A stretch of 48,165 bases of DNA from a bacterium (GTDB lineage Bacteria > Patescibacteriota > Minisyncoccia > Minisyncoccales > UBA1441). Below are positions 25,114 to 34,997 of the stretch, one piece after another (position 1 is the stretch's first letter; the number at the start of each line of letters is the position of its first letter). Where the stretch lies: contig JAKQBO010000020.1 of NCBI GenBank assembly GCA_029559515.1, forward strand, positions 1-48,165, given 5' to 3'. The translations under genes and the position numbers were made by a program. The notes beneath the pieces were generated by a model that did not search any database, was not told where the DNA came from, and saw only the letters and a program-made list of their open reading frames with translations.

Positions 25114-26723
25114 GATATCTTTTTAATCCGGTCAACCAATTCATCAGCTGCGAAGGGCCGACCGTCAAACTTTAAAATTTTATCTTTTATTAAATGACCG
25201 GTTTCCATGGCAATAAGCTGTCCCAATAATCCGGTAGCATTATTTTCAACCAGGATGACCTTCTCGGCCCGTTTAATGGCCTGTTGTACCTCATCTCTGG
25301 GGAAAGGAGCCAGATAAGAGACCTGGAGAAAACGATACCCCGGCAACTCTGACAAGCTGTCACGAATCGCCCCCTGAGTCGAGCCCCAACCGATGATCAA
25401 ATTCCGGCCCCGACCCCAGGATCGAACCGGTTGCCACTTTTGGACCATCTGGCCTAAGGCTTTTTCTTTTCTGAGTCTCTTTTCATTCATCTTCTGAATC
25501 ATTGATGCTTCTTCGGTCGTAAAACCAAGTTGATCGTGCTCATAACTATTGGCTCTGACCCAGGTTGCTTGTCCCGGCACCGCCCGAGGAGAAATACCAT
25601 TGGCGGTCAAAGCATAACTTTGATAATCCCGGCCCGGTCGGTTGACTACAAACCTATCCGGCCTGATCCGAGGATAGCTCAGGTTATCGAAGGTATAATA
25701 GCTCTCGCTCAGATGCTTATCGCTTAAAATAATTGCCGGCAGGCGGTAGCGATAGGCTAAATAGAAGGCTTCCATGGTTCGATCAATCGCTTCTTGAGGA
25801 TTGCCCGGCGCCACCACTACTCGCGGAAACTCTCCATGGCCGGCAAAACGAGCAAAAGTTAGGTCGCCCTGAGCAGTATAGGTCGGGACACCGGTCGAGG
25901 GCCCGGTCCGCTGAGAGAGATAAATAACCAGAGGAATCTCAGCCATTCCAGCCAGGCTGATGGCTTCAGTCATCAGGGCAAAACCGCCGCCCGATGTACC
26001 AACCATCGTCATCGCCCCACCATAGCTTGCCCCGAGAGCGCTGTTAATGACACTAACTTCATCTTCCAGCTGCGCCACTAATATCTTTCTTGTTTTGGCC
26101 TGACGGGCTAGCTCGACCAGAACCCCGGTAGCTGGAGTCATCGGATAAGACAAGTAGACATCTAAACCGGAAGCAATCGCCCCGGAAGAAACACCATTCG
26201 TGCCGGTTAAGAAGTAATGACCGGCCACTGAACGAACCGGCAGCTCTTCTCGGGGCGAGGCCTGCTCATAGCCCCAATTCATCGCTTTAACCGCTTGAGT
26301 CCACTCCTTGAGCTCCCGCTTAGTTGATTGAATTAATAATTTTCTGGGCAGGCCCCAGCCGCCAACTAAAAACCCCAACAGGAAATTATTTACCTGATAT
26401 TTGCTTTCTAAAATATCTTCGGGCCAATTTTCCTGACTGGCTTTTTCTTTATTTAAAACTAAAGCTCCTTTGACCAGATTAGACCGATGTTGAGCAGCCT
26501 TCTGGTCAAGATCGATCACAGCTTCAAATTTATTGTCGTGAGAGTGAACCGGAGAATCAGAAAAAGTTACAATATTAAAATTATGGCCACCCCGGATCAA
26601 GGAACCGTAGTCGCGATAAATAAAGACGTAATATCCAGCCGAAGAGAGAACCCTGCCTAGCAGCGTTGCCGTAAAGTTGATGCCTTGCCCGGCTTGTCCG
26701 CAAATTAAAACGCTTTTTCTCAT
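25110..26723 (-). CDS. 2-oxoacid:ferredoxin oxidoreductase, fused gamma-alpha subunit (537 aa)
   Basis: The N-terminal gamma-like part has ICGQAGQGINFTATLLG, followed by an alpha-subunit region (SYPMTPATG). It overlaps the beta subunit gene by 4 nt. Confidence 0.85.
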   Translation of the reverse strand: MRKSVLICGQAGQGINFTATLLGRVLSSAGYYVFIYRDYGSLIRGGHNFNIVTFSDSPVHSHDNKFEAVIDLDQKAAQHRSNLVKGALVLNKEKASQENWPEDILESKYQVNNFLLGFLVGGWGLPRKLLIQSTKRELKEWTQAVKAMNWGYEQASPREELPVRSVAGHYFLTGTNGVSSGAIASGLDVYLSYPMTPATGVLVELARQAKTRKILVAQLEDEVSVINSALGASYGGAMTMVGTSGGGFALMTEAISLAGMAEIPLVIYLSQRTGPSTGVPTYTAQGDLTFARFAGHGEFPRVVVAPGNPQEAIDRTMEAFYLAYRYRLPAIILSDKHLSESYYTFDNLSYPRIRPDRFVVNRPGRDYQSYALTANGISPRAVPGQATWVRANSYEHDQLGFTTEEASMIQKMNEKRLRKEKALGQMVQKWQPVRSWGRGRNLIIGWGSTQGAIRDSLSELPGYRFLQVSYLAPFPRDEVQQAIKRAEKVILVENNATGLLGQLIAMETGHLIKDKILKFDGRPFAADELVDRIKKIS

Positions 26724-29137
26724 GACTTCGTCACAAAATTAATAAGGCGATCCGGCACAAAAGCGATCTTAACGATCTCTTGCCCGGCAATGAACTTCTG
26801 AGCTCTAGCCGAAGCTCGAGCCTTTTCCTCAACCGCGGTCTGATCTAGCCCCGCCGGCAGCTGCAGACGATCTCTCAGCTTGCCATCAACCTGAACAATC
26901 AAGGTAACCTGTTTCTTTTCTACCATTGCCTGGTCATAGCTCGGCCATTTCTGGGCAAAGACGGAACAAAAAGGTTCTTGTTTTTTATTTAACTGCTCTT
27001 GCCAGAGCTCCTCAGCCAGATGGGGCGCAAAAGGTCCTAACATTATGGCCAGCTGTTCCAGGTGCTTCATCGCTACCTTTTCTTGACCTTTAAGCTCATT
27101 GACTATCGTCATAAGCTGAGCAATAGCTATATTAAACTTAAGCTGGTCGAGGTCCTCAGATATTTTTTTAATCGCCCGAGCCATCATTCGATCTGCCTCT
27201 TCGCTACTGTTCTCTTGGCGAGGCTGCTGATAAAGCGACCAGATTCGATTGATAAAACGGACCATGCCGTTTAGCCCGCCATCCCGCCAGTCGCCCCCCT
27301 GTCTCATGTCGCCCAAAAACATCAAATACAGCCGGACGGCATCCGTGCCGTATTCAGTAAGATACTTGTCGGGGTTAACAATGTTTCCCCGGGACTTGCT
27401 GATCTTGGCCCCGTCTTTAATCAACAGGCCGTGAGCTCGAAATCTTTTGAACGGCTCTCCCTCCGGAACATAGCCCAGTTCATGCAAAACCATCGAGACA
27501 AATCGCACGTAGAGCAAATGCAAGACGCTGTGCTCCCGACCGCCAATATACATATCAACCGGTAGCCAGCGCGCCATTCTTTTTGGTTCCAGAGCTCGAT
27601 CGTTAAAATCGGTGCAAAGATAGCGTAAATAGTACCAGGCAGAATCAACAAAAGGGTCAGAAACATCTGTTTCTCGGCGAGCGGGCCCTTGGCACTTCGG
27701 ACAGGTGGTTTGGTAAAAATCCGGAACCTTGCTTAACGGCCCCCGGCCAGATCCATCTGGCTGAAAATCTTCAATATCCGGCAAGCGCACCGGTAATTCT
27801 TCCTCCGGCACCGGCTGCCACCCGCATTGCTCGCAGTAGACCATCGGAATCGGCGGTCCCCAATACCGCTGGCGACTTACACACCAGTCGCGCAAGCGAT
27901 AGGCGATTTCTCTCTGTCCAACCCCTTGTTGCTCCAGCCAGTTAATCATCCTTTCCTTGGCGCTTTCGGTCGGCAGGCCATTTAAAAAATCAGAGTTAAC
28001 CCCGACCCCTTCTTCGAGATAGGGCCGATCTTCGGTCCATTCGCCTTCAGCCGGCCTGACCACCGAAAGTATCTCCAGGTGGTTCTGTTTAGCAAACTCC
28101 CAGTCGCGCTGATCATGAGCCGGAACTGCCATAATCGCTCCGGTTCCGTAATCAGCTAAAATATAATTGGCAACGAAAACTGGAATTTCTTGATTATTAA
28201 CTGGGTTAACGGCCATCCAGCCCTCCAGTCTCAGTCCGATTTTCTCCCGGCTTTCGTCTGATCCCGTAGTGATTTGTTTCAGATAGGCGGCCAGCTGATC
28301 ATAATTTTTAATTTCTTCTTTGAACTCTTCAATCAGTTTATGCTGAGAAGAAAGGACTAGATAGGTACAGCCGAACAGAGTATCGGGACGGGTGGTAAAT
28401 ACCTCTATTTCAGATTTCTGGCGGCCGGCTTTGACAGAAAAACGTATTTTGGCTCCTTCGCTCCGGCCAATCCAATTTTTCTGAGCTGTTTTAACCTCGT
28501 CGCTCCAGTCAATCTGATCAAGATTATAATAAAGCTTTTCGGCATAATCAGTAATTCGCCAAAACCACTGCTCCATTTCTTTATACTCAACCAAGCTTTC
28601 GCACCGCTCGCACCGTCCGTCAATAACTTGCTCGTCGGCTAAGACCGTCTGGCACGACGGACACCAATTAACCTGGGAAGACCGACGATAAGCGAGCCCT
28701 TTTTCATACATCTGAAGGAATAGCCACTGCGTCCAGCGATAATAGTCCGGATGATAAGTTTCCAGGGTTCGGCTCCAGTCATAGGCGTTGCCAATCGCTC
28801 TCAGCTGCTGGTAGAATTTCTTCTCGGTCCGGGCGCTGACATCGCGGATGTGCTCTTTAATCTTTAGAGCATAGTTCTCACTATGGATGCCAAATCCGTC
28901 TAGGCCAATCGGCTCAAAAACATCATATCCCTGGAGGCGGATATAACGGCCATAGGCGTCGCTGTGGACGAAAGCATACATGTTTCCAATATGCAGCCCC
29001 TCGGCTGAAGGATAGGGAAACATCATTAGGTTATAAAAAGGCCGGGCCGCCTGATCAAGGTCAACCTGATAGACCTTTTCTTGCTCCCAAACTGACTGCC
29101 ACTTTTTCTCAACTGATTGGGGATGGTAGCTACTCAT
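26720..29137 (-). CDS. leuS: Leucyl-tRNA synthetase (805 aa)
   Basis: It has a HIGH-type motif (GLHIGNMY), a CP1 editing region, and the KMSKS variant KISKSRGN. Confidence 0.95.
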   Translation of the reverse strand: MSSYHPQSVEKKWQSVWEQEKVYQVDLDQAARPFYNLMMFPYPSAEGLHIGNMYAFVHSDAYGRYIRLQGYDVFEPIGLDGFGIHSENYALKIKEHIRDVSARTEKKFYQQLRAIGNAYDWSRTLETYHPDYYRWTQWLFLQMYEKGLAYRRSSQVNWCPSCQTVLADEQVIDGRCERCESLVEYKEMEQWFWRITDYAEKLYYNLDQIDWSDEVKTAQKNWIGRSEGAKIRFSVKAGRQKSEIEVFTTRPDTLFGCTYLVLSSQHKLIEEFKEEIKNYDQLAAYLKQITTGSDESREKIGLRLEGWMAVNPVNNQEIPVFVANYILADYGTGAIMAVPAHDQRDWEFAKQNHLEILSVVRPAEGEWTEDRPYLEEGVGVNSDFLNGLPTESAKERMINWLEQQGVGQREIAYRLRDWCVSRQRYWGPPIPMVYCEQCGWQPVPEEELPVRLPDIEDFQPDGSGRGPLSKVPDFYQTTCPKCQGPARRETDVSDPFVDSAWYYLRYLCTDFNDRALEPKRMARWLPVDMYIGGREHSVLHLLYVRFVSMVLHELGYVPEGEPFKRFRAHGLLIKDGAKISKSRGNIVNPDKYLTEYGTDAVRLYLMFLGDMRQGGDWRDGGLNGMVRFINRIWSLYQQPRQENSSEEADRMMARAIKKISEDLDQLKFNIAIAQLMTIVNELKGQEKVAMKHLEQLAIMLGPFAPHLAEELWQEQLNKKQEPFCSVFAQKWPSYDQAMVEKKQVTLIVQVDGKLRDRLQLPAGLDQTAVEEKARASARAQKFIAGQEIVKIAFVPDRLINFVTKS

Positions 29138-29885
29138 GTTTATCTAGCTGAAATAAATGATAAGCGTTTTTATCGGCTAAATCAATTATTTCGACCGTTG
29201 AAACTTTTTTAATAAAAGCAATTTTCTCGACCACTGGACGCAAACCTAAGTAGGGGACGTTCCGGCTTTGGTTGATTGAAGGCGGCGCCAAGAACGGAGA
29301 ATCTGTCTCAATCAATATTCTTTCTAGCGGCGTGCTGATAATGACTTCCTCTAAATCTTGCTTAAAGACCAGCCCGTTGAACCCCAAATAATAACCTAAA
29401 TGAAGCAGCTCTCGAGCTTCGGTTAAAGAACCGGAAAAAGAATGAATTACTCCGGGAACGCCTTTTAGTTCGCGACGGAGCAAAAGCATTAACTCCGGAT
29501 AAGCCCGGCGGCAATGGATAATTAAAGGAAGGCCCGCTCGCCGGGCCAACTGCCCTTGAGACAAAAACAGCTCTCGTTGCCTATGCTTCTCGGTCGCATC
29601 ATCGGGCTGACGATAAAAATCAAGGCCGGTTTCGCCGATCGCCACGACTCCCGGCTGGTCGATCAGATCGGATAGCTTGTCCGGATCTTCCGAGGGGCTA
29701 TTGGGATGGACGCCGACTGAAGCATAAAACCCCTTCTCTTGAGCCAAACTAATGGCCCGAACCGAGCTTTGATAATCAATGCCGGCATTGATGACCTTAA
29801 TCCCGGCTTCCTGGCAAGAAGAAATTACCTTTAATCGGTCTTGATCAAAATCCTCTAAATTCAGATGGGCGTGGGTATCAATCAT
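29130..29885 (-). CDS. tatD: TatD-family metal-dependent hydrolase/DNase (251 aa)
   Basis: It has MIDTHAHLN, ...GETGLDFYR..., IHCR and ETDSPFL motifs. Confidence 0.9.
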   Translation of the reverse strand: MIDTHAHLNLEDFDQDRLKVISSCQEAGIKVINAGIDYQSSVRAISLAQEKGFYASVGVHPNSPSEDPDKLSDLIDQPGVVAIGETGLDFYRQPDDATEKHRQRELFLSQGQLARRAGLPLIIHCRRAYPELMLLLRRELKGVPGVIHSFSGSLTEARELLHLGYYLGFNGLVFKQDLEEVIISTPLERILIETDSPFLAPPSINQSRNVPYLGLRPVVEKIAFIKKVSTVEIIDLADKNAYHLFQLDKHE

Positions 29886-31324
29886 TTAAGACGGGGGAAA
29901 AGATTGCCTGATTCTTTTTTACCAGCCAGCTGATCGGTCATTCGTTGACTGGCTTGGGGTAAAAATGGTTGGAGCAACTTGGCAATTTTTCCCAGAACAA
30001 ACAACAAGTCCGCCACGACCTCTGCCGAACCCTCTTCGCCCTTCCAAGGCTCTTCTTGCTCAATATATTGATCGCAAAAAGCAATTAAATTCCAGACTGA
30101 CATTAGAGCTTCGCGAAAATCATACCGAGCCATGGCCTGAACATATTCCTGCTGAACCTCCTTGATCGCCTGTTCTGTTTCCAGACCAGCCAGCCCAGGC
30201 TCCACTTTCATTTCTCGAGCCAGTTTGTTGACCCGGGAGAATAAATTACCCAAGCCGCTAGCTAAATCAGCATTATAGCGTTCTTTGAACTTGGTCAAAC
30301 TGAAGTCGCCGTCCTTAGTCGGCGGAATCTCGCGCAGGAGGAAATAACGAACGGCATCGCTTCCGTAATCCCGGCTTAATTTGAAAGGATCTACCCCTGT
30401 GCCGCGGCTTTTCGACATCTTTTGCCCGTCAACTGTCAGCCAGCCATGGGTCAGAATGACTTGAGGCAGGGGAAGCCCGGCCGCCAGCAAGAAGGCCGGC
30501 CAATAGACAGCATGGAACTTAATAATGTCTTTACCGATACAATGGATCTTTCTGGGATTATCAACCCACCAGTCCTTAAACTTCTGACCGTCTTTTCCGT
30601 AGTCTAAGGCGCTGATGTAATTAATCAGCGCGTCAAACCAACACCAAACAGTCTGCGTCTCGTCTTCCGGAGTCTTGATTCCCCAATCCTGCATCCTTTG
30701 GCTGGAGCGAGAGATACAAATGTCTTCTAGTCCTTGGTTAATAAAGCTTAAAACTTCATTCTTGCGCGATTCAGGAATTATCTTTAACTCGTCGCTCTCA
30801 ATGATCTTTTTCAGCTGCTTCTGATATCGAGAAAGCTTAAAAAAGTAGTTCTCTTCTTCAACCTCCTCCAGTTTGACGCCATGAACCGGACAACATCCGT
30901 CCGGAGCTTCTTCTTTTTTAAAGTAAGTTTCGCAGTTGCTACAAAGTAGCCCGCGATATTTTTTAAGATAAATATCGGGCTTAACCTTTTTCCAGAGTTT
31001 CTGAACCGCCTGGGCGTGTCTCTTTTCGGTGGTACGGATAAAATCGTCAAAGGAGAGGTCGAGAGCCTCTCTCAATTTATAAAAATGATCGGATTTTTCC
31101 TTGACGAAGCTCCGGACCGGGACCTTTTTCTCTTTAGCCGCTCGAACGGTGCCGAGACTGTTTTCATCGGTCCCAGTTAAGAAAAAAACTTCCCGGCCCC
31201 GAGCCCGATAATAGCGAGCTAAGACATCGGCCTGAACCTTCTCTAAAGCATGACCGAGATGAGCCTCGGCATTGGCATAGTCAATAGCCGTCGAAATATA
31301 GACCTTTTGGTTAGTTGCCTTCAT
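29882..31324 (-). CDS. metG: Methionyl-tRNA synthetase, minimal form (480 aa)
   Basis: It has YISTAIDYANAEAHLGHALE (HIGH region), a Zn knuckle (CSNCETY...CCPVHG), and KMSKSRG. Confidence 0.95.
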   Translation of the reverse strand: MKATNQKVYISTAIDYANAEAHLGHALEKVQADVLARYYRARGREVFFLTGTDENSLGTVRAAKEKKVPVRSFVKEKSDHFYKLREALDLSFDDFIRTTEKRHAQAVQKLWKKVKPDIYLKKYRGLLCSNCETYFKKEEAPDGCCPVHGVKLEEVEEENYFFKLSRYQKQLKKIIESDELKIIPESRKNEVLSFINQGLEDICISRSSQRMQDWGIKTPEDETQTVWCWFDALINYISALDYGKDGQKFKDWWVDNPRKIHCIGKDIIKFHAVYWPAFLLAAGLPLPQVILTHGWLTVDGQKMSKSRGTGVDPFKLSRDYGSDAVRYFLLREIPPTKDGDFSLTKFKERYNADLASGLGNLFSRVNKLAREMKVEPGLAGLETEQAIKEVQQEYVQAMARYDFREALMSVWNLIAFCDQYIEQEEPWKGEEGSAEVVADLLFVLGKIAKLLQPFLPQASQRMTDQLAGKKESGNLFPRLK

Positions 31325-32364
31325 ATTGTTACTTCTGTTCCCTGTTCTTCAGCATAGTATTCGCCGCCCTTCATATCAATAACGAACCGATAGATGATGG
31401 CGGTCATTGGAATTGCTAAAAAGGCCCCAACTATACCAAAGAGGGTGCCCCCAATGGCTAGAGCCAGCAAAATCATGTAGGGCGGTAAACCGGTCGCCTT
31501 CCGCGTCAACAAAGGAGTTAAAACATACGCCTCGATGGCCTGAATAATAAAGAGAATAACCAGTAAAATTAAGGCCATAATCCAGTTAATTTGCAAAGCA
31601 GCAATACCCGCGCCCATTAGGGCCGCCACCAAAGAACCAATGTAGGGGATAAAGTTAGCCGCACCAGCAATTAAAGCTAAGACTAAAGCCGCGTTGACTC
31701 CGAACAGTTGATAAACCAAGAAGTAGGCGGCGACGACAAAGAGCGAAGAAATAATCCTGGTGCCAAACCAGTGAGTCACCTGTTGCCGGCTTCGGGTCCA
31801 AGCCTTAACGACTCTCTTTTGATATTGGGCCGGCGCCAAAAGGGCAATCACTGACTCCACTCCTTTTCTCTCCAAAGAAATAAACAGGGCCATTAACAAA
31901 ACAAACCCGGTATTAGCCAAGCCGCCCATAACCGAACCGAGGGCTTGAAGAATATTCTCCGGAGCTCGAAGTAGCAGACTCTCCTGAGCCCACTCGCCAA
32001 TTGCACTAATATCCAAGCCAATGGCCGAAAAGAACGGGCCAACTTGGCTCAAGTACTCCGGCAGAACCGCGGCCAAGTTTTTAACCTCAACAAAAATCAA
32101 TGGAATGCTTAAGTAGAGCAAGAGAGCAAACACCCCAAAAACCAGACCATAAGTTAAGAGAACCGAAGCCCAATAAGGAATTCCGTGGTGATAAAAGAAA
32201 ACAATGGCTGACTTTAACAAAACAGCTAGAACTAAGGCAAAAATGAAACTGATCGCCAGATCTCTCAAAACAAAAAGCAAGGCGACTAGAGCAATTGTCA
32301 GAACTACCCGAACGATCGTCCGCCAGGATAAATCTAAATTATAGACTGGCTTTTCCATAATCAA
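31321..32364 (-). CDS. AI-2E/PerM-family (UPF0118) membrane transporter (347 aa)
   Basis: It is a polytopic membrane protein with the topology and length typical of the family, including a conserved C-terminal LTPLL...P segment. Confidence 0.7.
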   Translation of the reverse strand: MIMEKPVYNLDLSWRTIVRVVLTIALVALLFVLRDLAISFIFALVLAVLLKSAIVFFYHHGIPYWASVLLTYGLVFGVFALLLYLSIPLIFVEVKNLAAVLPEYLSQVGPFFSAIGLDISAIGEWAQESLLLRAPENILQALGSVMGGLANTGFVLLMALFISLERKGVESVIALLAPAQYQKRVVKAWTRSRQQVTHWFGTRIISSLFVVAAYFLVYQLFGVNAALVLALIAGAANFIPYIGSLVAALMGAGIAALQINWIMALILLVILFIIQAIEAYVLTPLLTRKATGLPPYMILLALAIGGTLFGIVGAFLAIPMTAIIYRFVIDMKGGEYYAEEQGTEVTI

Positions 32365-32381
32365 TTATTTATTAACCTATT

Positions 32382-33656
32382 CTACGTTATTTTTAATATT
32401 TTGTTAAACTGGCTCGCCCGACTTGGCCCAATTAAGGCCAGGTTTAGGTTTTGATTCTGGAAAATATTTCGAGCTAGTCGACGAATCGAGTTCGCGTCAA
32501 CCTGATCAATTCTCCGACAAACCTCTTCCGGTGTCATTGGCTTTAATCCCAGCACCTCGTACTGAGCATAGTAGCTAGCCAAGTTTTCCGCTTGTTCCAA
32601 GGACAGCCAGAGAACTCCCTTTAAATATTCTTTAGCTTTTTGAAGCTCCGCTTCCGGAACTAGCTCTTCTTTGGTCCGCTGATACTCGGAAAGAATCAAT
32701 TCTATGGCCCGATCGATCCGGCGGTTGTCCACCCCGGCTTGGGTGACCAAAAATCCGGTATCCCGCAGAGTATCGGCTGAAGTGCGAACATAATAGGCTA
32801 GCCCGCTCTTCTCCCGAATCAATGAAAAGAGGCGAGAGCTCATATTGCCACCGAGTAAAGTGGCTAGCACAGCCTGAGGAAATCTCTCCGGCTGGCGCAG
32901 CGAATAGCCTCTCACTCCGAGGCAAAAATGGGTCTGGTCTGTTTTTTTATATCGAACTTTAATTCCGGGCCGGCTTTGCTTTTCTGCCAGTCGGGGCGGA
33001 TTTTTCTGTTCTTTTCCCGAAGGAAGGCCAGCAAAGGCTTGGCTAATCTTTTTGATCACTTCTGAAGAAGAATCAAACCGTCCGGCCAAGACAACCGTTG
33101 TATTCCCGGCATGATAGTAAGAGCGGCGGTGCTCTAACAGCTGGCGGCGGTTCATTTGCTTGATGCTTGACCGGGTGCCGATAATGTCCTGACCGAGAGG
33201 ATGCCCATCATAAAGAAGATTGTACCAGAGCTCCTCAACATACTGCATCGGCGTGTCTAAATACATGTTCAGCTCCTCCAGAATAACTCCTTTTTCCCGG
33301 CTAATATCGTCCTCATTGAGCTTAGCATTAAGATAAATATCACTCAGCCAGTCTAAAGCCGTATCAAAATGGCGAGCGTTAACTTTGGCGAAATAACCAG
33401 TGTATTCCCGCCCGGTAAAGGCGTTCATGACACCACCAATTGAGTCAATGGTTTCGGCCACGGCTAGAGGAGTCGGCCGCTTAACTGTTCCTTTGAACAT
33501 CAGATGTTCCAGAAAGTGAGACACCCCGGCGACTTTTTTCGATTCATAGGCCGAGCCGGTTCCGGCAAAGGCGAACAAGGTAACGGCCCTAGCGCCCGGA
33601 CGAGGAATCGTAATGACCCTTAATCCGTTTTTAAGTCTGTAACGATTAACCTTCAT
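32382..33656 (-). CDS. M16-family (pitrilysin-like) zinc peptidase (424 aa)
   Basis: It carries the inverted zinc motif HFLEHLMFKG (HxxEH). Confidence 0.85.
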   Translation of the reverse strand: MKVNRYRLKNGLRVITIPRPGARAVTLFAFAGTGSAYESKKVAGVSHFLEHLMFKGTVKRPTPLAVAETIDSIGGVMNAFTGREYTGYFAKVNARHFDTALDWLSDIYLNAKLNEDDISREKGVILEELNMYLDTPMQYVEELWYNLLYDGHPLGQDIIGTRSSIKQMNRRQLLEHRRSYYHAGNTTVVLAGRFDSSSEVIKKISQAFAGLPSGKEQKNPPRLAEKQSRPGIKVRYKKTDQTHFCLGVRGYSLRQPERFPQAVLATLLGGNMSSRLFSLIREKSGLAYYVRTSADTLRDTGFLVTQAGVDNRRIDRAIELILSEYQRTKEELVPEAELQKAKEYLKGVLWLSLEQAENLASYYAQYEVLGLKPMTPEEVCRRIDQVDANSIRRLARNIFQNQNLNLALIGPSRASQFNKILKIT

Positions 33657-34989
33657 TAAAACTTCCTTTGGTTAAAAATTGCTTCAGAGCCGAGGGCAGG
33701 TTTTTTATCTCGACCCGAACCTGCTTCATTGAGATCCTGTCGCGCACAGTCACATCTTGCTGTTTCAGGCTGTCGAAGTCAATGGTCACTGATAAATAGG
33801 TGCCGATTTCATCTTGACGGCGGTAGCGCCGTCCAATCGAACCGGTTTCGTCGTACTGAACCCGAAAAGAAAATTTCAGCTGTTCAAAAACTTCTTTCGC
33901 TTTAGCAACCAGCTCCGGCTTTTTCATTAAAGGGAAAACCGCTACCTCTACCGGGGCCAGCTTTGGAGACAGCTGCATCACCACCTCCTCACTCCGCTGG
34001 CTTTCCTGGTCGCGGCCACCGCTAATCTTTTGATAGGCGTCGCAGATAAAAGCCAGCATGAGCCGGCCAACCCCGGCCGAGGTTTCGATGACATGAGGGT
34101 AGAACGGCTCCGGATAATCAGCGTCGCTGTATTTTAATTCCCGGCCACTGTGCCGAGAGTGATTACTTAAATCAAAGTCGCCGCGATTATGAATGCCTTC
34201 AATCTCGTGCCATCCAAAGGGAAACTTGTATTCGACATCGACGGCTCGGCGGGCATAGTGAGCCAACTCATCTGCTGGCACTTCGTATAGCCTCAGATTC
34301 TCTTTTTTAAGCCCCAGATCCAGATACCACTGTAGCCGCCTCTCTTTCCAATACTCAAACCATTCTTTAGCCTCGGCCTCAGGCGTGAACCACTCCATCT
34401 CCATTTGTTCAAACTCTCTCTGTCGATAAAGAAAATTTTTAGGATTAATCTCATTACGAAAAGATTTGCCAATTTGAGCCACGCCAAAGGGCAGTTTCAT
34501 TCTCATGGAATCAGTTACCAGGCGAAAATTTAAAAATATACTTTGGCAGGTTTCCGGACGGAGATAGGCCTGGCTTTGAGTGTTTTCAACCGGCCCAACA
34601 AAAGTCTTCATCATTAGATTGTAGCTACGCGGCTCTGTTGTCTTGCCACCGCAATCCGGACACTGCTGGTCTTTAATCTCTTCTTCTTTGAAGCGGTGAT
34701 GGCACTGCTGGCACTCAACCAGAGAATCAGCAAAGCCGCTTCCCAGGTGGCCTGAAGCCTCCCAGGTTCTGGGATTAAGAATGATTGCGCCATCTGCCTC
34801 AACTACCTGCGTATGGGCTCTGATCACGTCGGCTCGCCAGAGATTCTTAATATTATTAATCATCTCGACTCCCAGTGGGCCGTAATCGTAACTAGCTCCA
34901 AACCCCCCGTAAATTTCAGAAGAGGGATAGACGAAACCCCTTCGTTTAAGCAAGGAAACAATTTCTTTCATTGTTTTCTCTTCCGCCAT
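33646..34989 (-). CDS. glyQS: Glycyl-tRNA synthetase, homodimeric class II type (447 aa)
   Basis: It has an N-terminal RRGFVYPSSEIYGG and motif 2 FRNEINPKNFLYRQREFEQMEMEWF. A CxxC...CxxC insertion is present. Confidence 0.95.
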   Translation of the reverse strand: MAEEKTMKEIVSLLKRRGFVYPSSEIYGGFGASYDYGPLGVEMINNIKNLWRADVIRAHTQVVEADGAIILNPRTWEASGHLGSGFADSLVECQQCHHRFKEEEIKDQQCPDCGGKTTEPRSYNLMMKTFVGPVENTQSQAYLRPETCQSIFLNFRLVTDSMRMKLPFGVAQIGKSFRNEINPKNFLYRQREFEQMEMEWFTPEAEAKEWFEYWKERRLQWYLDLGLKKENLRLYEVPADELAHYARRAVDVEYKFPFGWHEIEGIHNRGDFDLSNHSRHSGRELKYSDADYPEPFYPHVIETSAGVGRLMLAFICDAYQKISGGRDQESQRSEEVVMQLSPKLAPVEVAVFPLMKKPELVAKAKEVFEQLKFSFRVQYDETGSIGRRYRRQDEIGTYLSVTIDFDSLKQQDVTVRDRISMKQVRVEIKNLPSALKQFLTKGSFNEG

Positions 34990-34997
34990 AATAAAAT